DNA from: a virus
Taxonomy: Duplodnaviria; Caudoviricetes
Direction: 5' to 3' (one strand)
DNA length: 30,422 nt
Virus record (IMG/VR): IMGVR_UViG_3300005805_000315
Span: 1-30,422 of that record
The notes beneath the pieces are model-generated. The model was not told where the DNA came from. It worked only from the letters and a program-made list of their open reading frames with translations, and made no database searches. Positions 16,239 through 24,481 of this stretch are shown here, piece after piece (within the stretch, counting starts at the first letter, position 1; every line of letters starts with the position of its first letter). Position numbers and translations under genes: made by a program.

Positions 16239-16376
16239 TCCAAGGATAGAATCCTTGGACAACATACCGAGAAGAGATTGCCCCCCACACTCCTGGTGGG
16301 GGAGCTCTTCTCAAACTACAGAGTGATGAGTTGAAGGTCGTTCTTCAATTGCATTTCCTTCGATGGGAACACTCTG
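16239..16376 (+). ncRNA. candidate structured RNA element downstream of MCP
   Basis: Hairpin TCCAAGGAT/ATCCTTGGA; GAGAAGAG..CCCCCAC/GTGGGGG..CTCTTCTC; three-way junction closed by CAGAGTG/CACTCTG. Confidence 0.5.
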
Positions 16377-16404
16377 CAAATAAACCAAATAAAATAAACT
16401 ACAT

Positions 16405-17373
16405 ATGGGTAAGATAGGAAAAATTTCTACTATTAAGAAAGAGTACACAAGCTCTCAGTTGCAAACCATGCAACAAGGACTAGCAACAAGAGGACTCACT
16501 AGGATTCCTGGAACAGGCGTATTCAAGTATCCTTACAAGGAACTTGACGGTCAATATAGAACAGGACTTGATCCAGATGCTTCTTACATTCGTAGAATCA
16601 AAGATCCTCTTGAAAGGGAAATGGAAGTTGAGCGTGTGACAGCTGCTAGAGACAGAATCCAATCTGCTCTTGGTGGTATTGATCTAGGACCTCGTTCTAA
16701 ATTCTGGAACTATGGACTAGCTACATCAACAGATGATACACTCCATGTTCAACCAGTTAAACTTGTAGATGGAGACAATTTCTTTGATTTAGCTATCCCT
16801 CTTCAGGAACTAGCTTTCTGTTGGTTACGTGTTCACCCAACCATTGCAAGCTCTTATCAAGCTTGGGAACGTGGTGATTATCCAGCAGAAACTCAATTCT
16901 ATGTAGCAGATGAGGATATTGAGAACGCAGTGACTTTCAAGAAAAAGCAACTAATCAACAAGGCTATTGCTAAGTTTGATGCAATGACTCCTGAAAAGAA
17001 GAAGAAGGTTGCTCGTTTGTTAGGACTCCCTGTAACAGACAACACAACAGAAGAATCTGTATACAATCAAGTAGATAACATTCTGAAACAAACTGAATTT
17101 AAATCTGGTAAATACCAAGGACTCTCAACTGTAGAAGTTTTTGGAAGATTTGCAGATATGAAGGAAAACTTACTCCATATTAAAGACTTGGTTAAACAAG
17201 CAATCGGTCACTCCATTTACAGGGTTAAACCTAGTGGAAGAATCTATGAAGGTGAATACGAAGTGGCAGTTGATGAGGATGAATTGATCAAACACCTTGC
17301 TGACGAAGATAACCAAGAAGATTTGATCACGCTTGAACAGAAATTGAAAAGTAAAAAATTGGCAGCTGTATGA
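16405..17373 (+). CDS. conserved crAss-like protein downstream of MCP
   Basis: 322 aa; synteny with the crAss-like post-MCP gene; W-L-R-V-H-P-T-I-A-S-S segment. Confidence 0.7.
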   Translation: MGKIGKISTIKKEYTSSQLQTMQQGLATRGLTRIPGTGVFKYPYKELDGQYRTGLDPDASYIRRIKDPLEREMEVERVTAARDRIQSALGGIDLGPRSKFWNYGLATSTDDTLHVQPVKLVDGDNFFDLAIPLQELAFCWLRVHPTIASSYQAWERGDYPAETQFYVADEDIENAVTFKKKQLINKAIAKFDAMTPEKKKKVARLLGLPVTDNTTEESVYNQVDNILKQTEFKSGKYQGLSTVEVFGRFADMKENLLHIKDLVKQAIGHSIYRVKPSGRIYEGEYEVAVDEDELIKHLADEDNQEDLITLEQKLKSKKLAAV

Positions 17374-18101
17374 TACCTGTAGATAGTTTATTGTACAAAA
17401 TAGACCAGAAACTAAATAAACTATCAACAAACGAACATCAGCAAATTCAATTAGAAGATAAGATACTGGCTCTCAATGAGGCTCAGATCAAGCTAATAAA
17501 ACAAAAGGTTGATGGTTTTAGTACTGTCTCTGGTTTAGGGTTGGATGCCTTTAAGAAAAGGTATGAAGACCTACAAAGTTTAGTAGTAACCTATATCCAT
17601 CAACCTTTAACTCCCACTCTTCTTAATGCAGAATTAGGACAGTGGGTAGTTAAACTACACGATCTTAACCCCAAGTACATGTTCTATATTGATAGTTATG
17701 TACTTGCTGATAAGGGTAGGTGTAAGGATAGAAAGGTATGGATCAATAGAGATTTAGCCAAGCATGGTGACCTGCAATTCATTTTAAATAATGATCACTA
17801 CAGGCCCTCTTTTGAATACCAAGAATCATTCAACTTTCTTTCCTCTGATGAGATGTCAGTCTTTACAGATGGAACATTTACACCTACTAAAGTTTTTATA
17901 TCTTACCTAAGATATCCCAATTACATTGATAAAGAAGGATACATCAGATTTGATGGAACCCCTTCTACAAACGAGGATTGCGAACTTGAACTATATCTAG
18001 AGGATGAACTTCTGGATTTAACAGTTCAAAACCTCGCAATGTATACGGAGAATCAGTCTGCTGTCCAAAATAGCATATACAGGATACAGACAAACGAATA
18101 A
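17370..18101 (+). CDS. tail ring / head-tail adaptor-type protein
   Basis: ALNEAQ N-terminal helix and YLRYP...CELELYLEDELLDLTV C-terminus, typical of the ring/adaptor fold; synteny. Confidence 0.6.
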   Translation: MIPVDSLLYKIDQKLNKLSTNEHQQIQLEDKILALNEAQIKLIKQKVDGFSTVSGLGLDAFKKRYEDLQSLVVTYIHQPLTPTLLNAELGQWVVKLHDLNPKYMFYIDSYVLADKGRCKDRKVWINRDLAKHGDLQFILNNDHYRPSFEYQESFNFLSSDEMSVFTDGTFTPTKVFISYLRYPNYIDKEGYIRFDGTPSTNEDCELELYLEDELLDLTVQNLAMYTENQSAVQNSIYRIQTNE

Positions 18102-18128
18102 GTTTTTTAATCATTAAAATAGCATAAA

Positions 18129-19289
18129 ATGGCTGATTTTTCATTAACTACGCTCTTCGTAGTTCCAGTGGGCAATTCTCTACCTAGCTCTGGTTCTACG
18201 CAAGACCTGTCCGCAGGACAGTTTGGTATTTTCAGGAGTGATTACTCTGTAGCAAATGCAGGTAACATCGCTGATAAACCTTATTTTTATTTAGCTCAAG
18301 GTAGAACAAATACATATCTTCAAGGATCTAAGCGTTCTGATAAGATCGCAGGATGTATTGATGGATCTTGTAAATCTAACGTTACTGAATGGTACAAGGT
18401 GACTGGTTGTCCTACACCTGCCAATCAGATAACTGAAGTTGATGGCTGGAATGTAAAATGTGGTGACGTTGTTACCCTTACTCTCCGTGCTCACTCTTCT
18501 TACATTGACACTCTGTATTTCAATGGTTTCACTCGCTCTGTAACAGTTCAAGCTCCTTGCTGTGACTGTGGTGGAGATCCTTGTGAGAACGTTGATGTTC
18601 CTGCGTTGATCGATCAGTTCATCGCTAAATTGGAACAACAAGCTCCTGGTAACAACCCTGATAACATTAGCTTCAACACTTTCTATTCTTTCCAAAGAGT
18701 AGGTAATGATGCAAGTGCTAAATTGGTTATTACTGGTAAGCCTTTGACTAAGTATGGTCAACCTTGTGATGTTGCTGCATTCCCTTGGGAGTATGACAGA
18801 ATGTATTTCCGTACATTTGTTTACTCTGGTCCAGCAACCACAGCTGACTTCATCGTGGCTGATGCTTGTAACATTGTAGCAGAGGCTGTTGTTGTACAAC
18901 GTGCTTCTTATCCTTCTGGTACTTCTGACGAGATTAAACAACTTGAGAAGAACTACTACAGCTATCAAGCTGGTTATTTGAAGCATCTCTACAGAATGGT
19001 AGGCTATAACGAGAACTTTGAGTCTTGGGTATCTGATGGTGTAACCTATGATTCCTTCTACATCAAGTTCAACGAGTATGACAAGTCTGCTTATTCTTGG
19101 GGTGATTACATCAAGGAAGACAGCATGGTTATTATTGCAGTTCCTCAAGCATTAACTGCTGCAATTCAGGTTGTTCTTGAGGCAGCTCTTGGTTCAGTTG
19201 TTGATGATAATGTTTGTGTAACAACAACATCAACTACCACCGCTGAAGCTCCTACTACTACTACAACTACTAGCACTCTTATCCCTTAA
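18129..19289 (+). CDS. abundant structural protein (auxiliary capsid protein-like) with a Thr-rich tail
   Basis: MCP-like codon bias, beta-rich sequence, synteny; ends CVTTTSTTTAEAPTTTTTTSTLIP. Confidence 0.6.
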   Translation: MADFSLTTLFVVPVGNSLPSSGSTQDLSAGQFGIFRSDYSVANAGNIADKPYFYLAQGRTNTYLQGSKRSDKIAGCIDGSCKSNVTEWYKVTGCPTPANQITEVDGWNVKCGDVVTLTLRAHSSYIDTLYFNGFTRSVTVQAPCCDCGGDPCENVDVPALIDQFIAKLEQQAPGNNPDNISFNTFYSFQRVGNDASAKLVITGKPLTKYGQPCDVAAFPWEYDRMYFRTFVYSGPATTADFIVADACNIVAEAVVVQRASYPSGTSDEIKQLEKNYYSYQAGYLKHLYRMVGYNENFESWVSDGVTYDSFYIKFNEYDKSAYSWGDYIKEDSMVIIAVPQALTAAIQVVLEAALGSVVDDNVCVTTTSTTTAEAPTTTTTTSTLIP

Positions 19290-19320
19290 TAAGAGAAAGT
19301 AGAAAACAAAGATCATAACC

Positions 19321-19371
19321 TAAGCCAGAGGGTGAGAGGATTCAATCTCAAATCCTCTGGCTTATTTATTT
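19321..19371 (+). terminator. long hairpin, probable terminator or attenuator
   Basis: TAAGCCAGAGG (19321-19331) pairs with CCTCTGGCTTA (19354-19364); followed by TTTATTT. Confidence 0.65.
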
Positions 19372-19379
19372 AGAATAAC

Positions 19380-19946
19380 ATGGCAGATCTCAAATTAAAT
19401 ATATTAGTAATTCCTACATATAACTTGGAGACATTAGCCATTCTTGATGCATCCACATACCCATCAAGTCCTCCTGTTCAGGCACCCACTATTCAAATAG
19501 ATGTACCTGGATTTGGACTAGTATCTCGACCTTTTGTACCTAACGAGTATAACATATTTACGTCAGCCTCTTTAGGAATAACAGATGTTGGAGATCCTCT
19601 AGTACCACTTCCTGATGGTATATATCAAATGAAATATTCAGTGGCTCCTGCATACGCAAATTATGTAGAAAGAAGTATTATGAGAGTTGATCAACTTCAA
19701 GAGAAGTTTGATAATGCTTTCATGAAGCTTGACATGATGGAATGTGATAGAGCTATAAAGACACAGGCTAAGGTAGACTTAAATAGTATATATTATTTTA
19801 TACAGGGATCAATTGCAGCTGCTAATAACTGTGCAGTTGATACAGCCCATAAATTATACAACCAAGCAAACAGAATGTTAACTAACTTTAACAAAAGTAA
19901 TTGCGGTTGTGGAGCTGGTAATAATTATATAAATAATTTTCACTAA
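19380..19946 (+). CDS. putative virion protein (tail hub-like by synteny)
   Basis: 188 aa with LPDGIYQMKY Ig-like strand and NCGCG C-terminus. Confidence 0.55.
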   Translation: MADLKLNILVIPTYNLETLAILDASTYPSSPPVQAPTIQIDVPGFGLVSRPFVPNEYNIFTSASLGITDVGDPLVPLPDGIYQMKYSVAPAYANYVERSIMRVDQLQEKFDNAFMKLDMMECDRAIKTQAKVDLNSIYYFIQGSIAAANNCAVDTAHKLYNQANRMLTNFNKSNCGCGAGNNYINNFH

Positions 19947-20086
19947 TGGCAAACTGTAGAAATTGTGGAACTAAAGTGGGTTGCGGTTGTCAACTCATCA
20001 ATGGACTTTGTTCAGCATGCAATGCTGCTCTTAACCAAGTTAAAAAATTTAAAGATGCTATCACCAAGACTTACAAATTGTGTTGA
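19946..20086 (+). CDS. Cys-rich microprotein (46 aa)
   Basis: Not in track. TAATG-coupled; MANCRNCGTKVGCGCQLINGLCSACNAALNQVKKFKDAITKTYKLC*. Confidence 0.7.
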   Translation: MANCRNCGTKVGCGCQLINGLCSACNAALNQVKKFKDAITKTYKLC

Positions 20087-20321
20087 TTGCCCAAAGATCA
20101 GTTCACTTATTGAGGAGATTGATCATAAGTTAACAGAGATGGCTAACGCTGAATACAATAATATTGTATTTGCTCTCAATCAATGTTTTGCTGGTCCTAT
20201 TATGGGTGACCTTCTAAACTATAGAAGAATACTTATATTCAAGTATTGTTATCCTGATTATGCAGGACATTTCTCATTGGAGATGATTTCTAGTAAAGTT
20301 AAACTCTTAATTCATAAATAA
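20055..20321 (+). CDS. putative virion protein (88 aa)
   Basis: Likely start MLSPRLTNCVDC at 20055; the track's GTG start overlaps the 46-aa gene. Confidence 0.65.
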   Translation: MLSPRLTNCVDCPKISSLIEEIDHKLTEMANAEYNNIVFALNQCFAGPIMGDLLNYRRILIFKYCYPDYAGHFSLEMISSKVKLLIHK

Positions 20322-20327
20322 ACTACA

Positions 20328-21467
20328 ATGCCTTGTTCAAATTGCTATAACGGGTGTCCAGATATTGTTTCTGATAAATGCGTAAAATACACAGGACTTG
20401 ATGTTCCTATTTTAGGAATCAAGAATGGTGATTCTTTGCTGTATGTAGAAACTGCTTTAGCAGACTACCTAGCTTCTGTAATAAATGGTGTAGGTGTTAA
20501 ACCTATCATTGATCCTTTGATTATTTGTAATGTTGTTAAGAAGTATCTTACTGAATGTGAGGAGCTTAATTTAAACGACCTCCTTACAGCCATAATCAAA
20601 GCTGTCTGTGATCTGCAGGAACAAGTAGATGCAATTGTTGCAGAACTTGCGGTGCTAAATGCTCCTTATGATCCAGATTGTGTAATTGGGATTTCTGATG
20701 TGTCAAATACACACAATGTTTTACAAAACCTTATTCACAACTTCTGTGAACTAAAAGCTACAGTTCTTTCACTTCAAACAGATCTTGATACCAACTATGT
20801 AAAACTTGTTGATTTAGACGATCTAATTCAAGACTATCTAGACACTCAGGATGTATCATCTAAGTATTATACAAAGATGGTTCCTTTTACAGTTGTTGAA
20901 TACTATGGACCTTTAAACAACTATCCTACACCTTCTGATGGATTTGGTGGTACAGGGATAGGATTTGGAGCATGGGAAAAGGTATACTTGTGTAATGGCT
21001 TAAATGGAACTCCTGACAAGCGTGGAAGAGTTGGCGTAGGTGTTACAAATGGTATGGGTGGTGGAGCTTTTAGCCCTGCCGTAGATCCTGCTTTACCTGG
21101 TAATCCTACGTACACACTAGGATCTACAGCTGGATCCAACGCTGTAACATTGATTTCATCGCAACTACCTGCACACACACACCCAGCTTCAGTTACAATT
21201 AGTGATCCTGGACATAAACACGATATTTGGGGAATTACGGGCGGTGATAATGATGATATGAGCAACACTGTAAGATTTGCAGGTGGTGATAAAATTCAAG
21301 GAGAAACATCATTTTACTTTACAAATACAGAAGCTTGTCAATCTGCTCCAACAGGACTTAATGGTAGCAATGTGACAGTTACAGTAAATAACAACACTGG
21401 TGGAGGTGCATCACATGCAAACAACCAACCAGCTCTTGCTTGTTATTACATTATGTATATTCCTTAA
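20328..21467 (+). CDS. fibre protein with phage tail-collar domain
   Basis: LCNGLNGTPDKRGRV...GSTAGSNAVTLISSQLPAHTH...HANNQPALACYYIM is a T4 gp12-like collar/tip pattern; central coiled coil. Confidence 0.75.
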   Translation: MPCSNCYNGCPDIVSDKCVKYTGLDVPILGIKNGDSLLYVETALADYLASVINGVGVKPIIDPLIICNVVKKYLTECEELNLNDLLTAIIKAVCDLQEQVDAIVAELAVLNAPYDPDCVIGISDVSNTHNVLQNLIHNFCELKATVLSLQTDLDTNYVKLVDLDDLIQDYLDTQDVSSKYYTKMVPFTVVEYYGPLNNYPTPSDGFGGTGIGFGAWEKVYLCNGLNGTPDKRGRVGVGVTNGMGGGAFSPAVDPALPGNPTYTLGSTAGSNAVTLISSQLPAHTHPASVTISDPGHKHDIWGITGGDNDDMSNTVRFAGGDKIQGETSFYFTNTEACQSAPTGLNGSNVTVTVNNNTGGGASHANNQPALACYYIMYIP

Positions 21468-21486
21468 CATATTAAATAAAATATAA

Positions 21487-22314
21487 ATGGGCTGTTCATC
21501 CCCAAATCTACCGTGCAATCCTGTACAAGTTTGTGCTGTTTATCCAACAAAGTGCAACAACAAATGGTTTGCAGGTTATCCTATACCTAGCAGCTTGGTC
21601 TGCTATGATGGTACAACTCTTCCAAACTCTGGAGCAGATACTAATGATAATCTAAATGTTGTGTTACAAAAGTTAGATTATGCTATAACTCCTTCAGTTT
21701 TGGTTACTAAACTTATTCAAATTGTTGCAACTACACCATCCTTACAAGAGGCGTTTTGTGCATTGGTTAGTGCTTGTATTACAACAACTACTACCACCAC
21801 TACAGCTGCTCCCACTACAACCACAACCACCACAACCGAGGAACCCACCACCACTACCACTACAACTACAGAAGAACCTACCACAACTACAACTACCACT
21901 ACAATTCCTACATATGATGTAGAACTTGAGCTTCAGCAGTATGTTGATGGGGATGGTAACTATTTCGATCTGAATGTGCAGGCAAGAAGTGGACTTGCTG
22001 GTCCTCAGGAGAATGTGTATGTTAATGGACTTTACAGCTATCCAAACTTTGCACCAGTTTCTGACTATCTATATTTCCAAGCATATAGCTTTACAAATAC
22101 TAGTGGAACCTGTGTACCTGAAGGATCTTTGTACGGTACTATTTCACAATATGACTTTGTGTTGGAGGTGTATGAAAATGCAGTATTGATTGATACTCAG
22201 ACAGTTACAGGAGTAAATGCAAGCTCCCCTTGTCCAACAGCATTGGGGTATACAATTGCTTCTCCTAACCCAGGATCTTTGTACAAAGCATACGCATACA
22301 TAGTAATTCCTTAA
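21487..22314 (+). CDS. putative fibre/decoration protein with a Thr-rich mucin-like stalk
   Basis: Cys-rich N-terminus, four T8 blocks separated by AAP/EEP, beta-rich C-terminal domain. Confidence 0.65.
   Translation: MGCSSPNLPCNPVQVCAVYPTKCNNKWFAGYPIPSSLVCYDGTTLPNSGADTNDNLNVVLQKLDYAITPSVLVTKLIQIVATTPSLQEAFCALVSACITTTTTTTTAAPTTTTTTTTEEPTTTTTTTTEEPTTTTTTTTIPTYDVELELQQYVDGDGNYFDLNVQARSGLAGPQENVYVNGLYSYPNFAPVSDYLYFQAYSFTNTSGTCVPEGSLYGTISQYDFVLEVYENAVLIDTQTVTGVNASSPCPTALGYTIASPNPGSLYKAYAYIVIP
21781..21903 (+). repeat. coding tandem repeat, 33-nt / 11-aa unit
   Basis: T8-AAP-T8-EEP-T8-EEP-T8, with mixed ACA/ACT/ACC codons. Confidence 0.85.
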
Positions 22315-22353
22315 AATATCAAAATTCCTGTTTTGTTGGTTTTACAGGACTTT

Positions 22354-22384
22354 CCCCTGGCGTTTCTACGCTAGGGGTTTTTTT
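22354..22384 (+). terminator. intrinsic terminator
   Basis: CCCCTGGCGT-TTCT-ACGCTAGGGG-TTTTTTT; preceded by hairpin TCCTGT..ACAGGA (22326-22349). Confidence 0.85.
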
Positions 22385-22394
22385 GTTTAAACTA

Positions 22395-22431
22395 TAACTA
22401 AACTGGTTATTATCAATAACTTGTTTGGTTA
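22395..22431. promoter_or_regulatory. 37-bp imperfect palindrome, candidate operator
   Basis: TAACTAAACTGGTTATT-ATC-AATAACTTGTTTGGTTA (14/17 arm match), just upstream of the promoter. Confidence 0.45.
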
Positions 22432-22437
22432 AATAAA

Positions 22438-22470
22438 TTTGGAGAATTTCAAAAATAGTTCGTATCTTTA
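22438..22470 (+). promoter_or_regulatory. Bacteroidota-type promoter
   Basis: TTTG, 21-nt spacer, TATCTTTA; shares AAATAAATTTGGA with the promoter at 5928. Confidence 0.6.
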
Positions 22471-22496
22471 CTGCAATTTTAACTAAAAACAACCGC

Positions 22497-23750
22497 ATGG
22501 CAGGAAATCAAAACCTTTTAAGTCAGCTTCAACAAATGCTGAACTGGAAAAAAAGTAAGAAGTTTTATGCAGAAAAATTAGGAGTGACAGAATCAGAGGT
22601 GGATGACTTGTTAAGGGAGTTAAGAAAAAATAGTGAGAATGTTAGAAACGAGGCTGAGGTATCAAATTACATAGATCAACTAGAAGAAACCATCCTTAGA
22701 TTTGAAGAGGATTTGGTTAAAGGAACAGGAGAACTTGTCTTCAATTCTCCAGAAGAGATTAAATCATTGGATGATTTGATAGTCAAATGCAAGATTGACA
22801 CAAACAAATGGCAAATAACTAAATACGTCCAGAACTACTGGGGAAACACTGAACAGCCACACTATCAGGTGAAAGCTTGGTTAGGAAGAAAAAGTGGTGA
22901 ACAGCAGTTCCAAGATAGTTTTGTTTCTTTTCTTGAGGAGTATAAGCCTAAGTCTCCAAATGTAGAAGCTCCTAAGTTTAATTCAGAAAAGAGGGATGCT
23001 TGTTTGATTATAAACAAGCAAGACTCCCATCTAAACAAACTGGATGTATATGGAGACAATGATATAGACAATAGATTTGAAACATATATAGAAAAGCTAG
23101 CAGTGATACTTGGTCAAGCTCAGCTTTCAAACAACATCACAAATGTGATATATGTTATTGGATCAGACGAATTTAATAGTGAGTTTAGTGGAACAACTAC
23201 AAAAGGAACACCTCAACAAAACATTCTATCCTATCACGAATCCTTCGAAAGGATCTGTGATCATGAAATAGAAGTGATAAACTTACTCCTTGAGAACAGC
23301 ACTGTAGTGGATGTTACATTTGTGGCTGGTAATCATGATGAGTTTGTAGGCTGGCATTTAGCTAGCTGGTTGAAAACTTATTTCAGAGATCAAGTTAGAG
23401 TGTCATTTGACATCTCTCCTAGATATAGAAAGTATATAGACTATGGTAACTCAGCAATGATGTTTAATCATGGTGATGCTTTGAAGCCTGCAAAACTTGC
23501 TCATTTATTTCCAATGGAATATAAAGAAGAGTGGTCAGACTATGAAAATTTCTACATCTTTACAGGAGATAAGCATCATGAAATGAGTTTAGATTTCAAC
23601 GGTATAAAGTTCTATCAGCTTCCTGCTTTCTCCACAGCAAAGAGTGGATGGGATGATAAGAATGGATATACAGTGAGCAAGGGTGAAGTTGTTGGTTTCC
23701 TTTTAGATTATGATGATGGGATGACAAACATATTCAAACAATATTTATAA
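22497..23750 (+). CDS. calcineurin-like metallophosphoesterase with N-terminal HTH
   Basis: Motifs DSH, GSDEFN, GNHD, NHGD and GDKHH; N-terminal FYAEKLGVTESEVDDLL. Confidence 0.8.
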   Translation: MAGNQNLLSQLQQMLNWKKSKKFYAEKLGVTESEVDDLLRELRKNSENVRNEAEVSNYIDQLEETILRFEEDLVKGTGELVFNSPEEIKSLDDLIVKCKIDTNKWQITKYVQNYWGNTEQPHYQVKAWLGRKSGEQQFQDSFVSFLEEYKPKSPNVEAPKFNSEKRDACLIINKQDSHLNKLDVYGDNDIDNRFETYIEKLAVILGQAQLSNNITNVIYVIGSDEFNSEFSGTTTKGTPQQNILSYHESFERICDHEIEVINLLLENSTVVDVTFVAGNHDEFVGWHLASWLKTYFRDQVRVSFDISPRYRKYIDYGNSAMMFNHGDALKPAKLAHLFPMEYKEEWSDYENFYIFTGDKHHEMSLDFNGIKFYQLPAFSTAKSGWDDKNGYTVSKGEVVGFLLDYDDGMTNIFKQYL

Positions 23751-24481
23751 TGTCAACACTTAGAAAATTGGTTTCAGATGTGCGTTCTATGCACAAAATG
23801 TTGTCTACAGACAACCTTATTACCGATAGGGTAATAGCTGCTGAGATCAAAAATAATACACTTTTACTGGTAAAAAGAGAAACAAATCTCAGAAAGCTTT
23901 GGGCTACTGACACTTTGTTTACCACCATTCCTTGTCTAGAGATGGTGGAAGTTCCTATTTCTGAATGCTGTGATTACGTAGATCCTTGCACTGTAGCAAG
24001 AAGCAAGTATAAACTTCCCAAGATTGCAGAAGGAAACTATCAATATGTAATACAGGGTGTTTATTCAATAAACGCAATGGGTGGAAGAGGAAACAAGTTT
24101 AAAGAAATTACAATCAACAGATATGTAAATCTTCTTAAACTTCCTATTATAAAGAACGAACAATACTACTGGATAGTGAATGATTATCTCTATCTCAGCA
24201 ATCCTCTTACACAAGCTGTAAGAATTTCTGCGTTCTTTGAGACAGATGTACCAAATGAAATTCTCTATCCTCAGGATTGTGATTGTACAGGAAAGAACGT
24301 TGAGGATGCTGTATGGTGTTTAAATCCTTTAGATAAGAGATATGCCCTACCTGGATATTTAGAGAAGCAGGTGTTAGAACTTACATCACAAAAACTTCTT
24401 AACACCTACTTTAGAATTAAAACTGACATGACGCAAGATGGTGTAGATGGGCAAGCACCTAATGCAACAAACACTCAGTGA
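23750..24481 (+). CDS. tail ring protein-like structural protein
   Basis: MSTLRKLVSDVR N-terminus and YALPGYLEKQVLEL C-terminus; crAss-like synteny before the IHF and tubular genes. Confidence 0.6.
   Translation: MSTLRKLVSDVRSMHKMLSTDNLITDRVIAAEIKNNTLLLVKRETNLRKLWATDTLFTTIPCLEMVEVPISECCDYVDPCTVARSKYKLPKIAEGNYQYVIQGVYSINAMGGRGNKFKEITINRYVNLLKLPIIKNEQYYWIVNDYLYLSNPLTQAVRISAFFETDVPNEILYPQDCDCTGKNVEDAVWCLNPLDKRYALPGYLEKQVLELTSQKLLNTYFRIKTDMTQDGVDGQAPNATNTQ

Noticed and set aside
16319-16376. Hammerhead ribozyme (TGATGAG followed by a stem)
   Set aside because: Has GUGAUGA rather than CUGAUGA and lacks the GAAA after stem II; kept only as a generic structured RNA.
18291-19148. 285-aa antisense ORF and the other minus-strand ORFs in the structural module
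   Set aside because: Shadows of codon-biased sense genes; no promoter or protein-like features seen.
21717-21922. Poly-Val and Pro/Gln/Leu ORFs
   Set aside because: Alternative-frame readings of the Thr repeat.
20328-22314. Diversity-generating retroelement targeting the fibre genes
   Set aside because: No reverse transcriptase or template/variable repeat pair seen in this window.
22360-22372. Cas12a-like repeat (TTTCTAC) or mini-CRISPR array
   Set aside because: Only isolated copies in terminator loops; no repeat-spacer periodicity and no cas genes.
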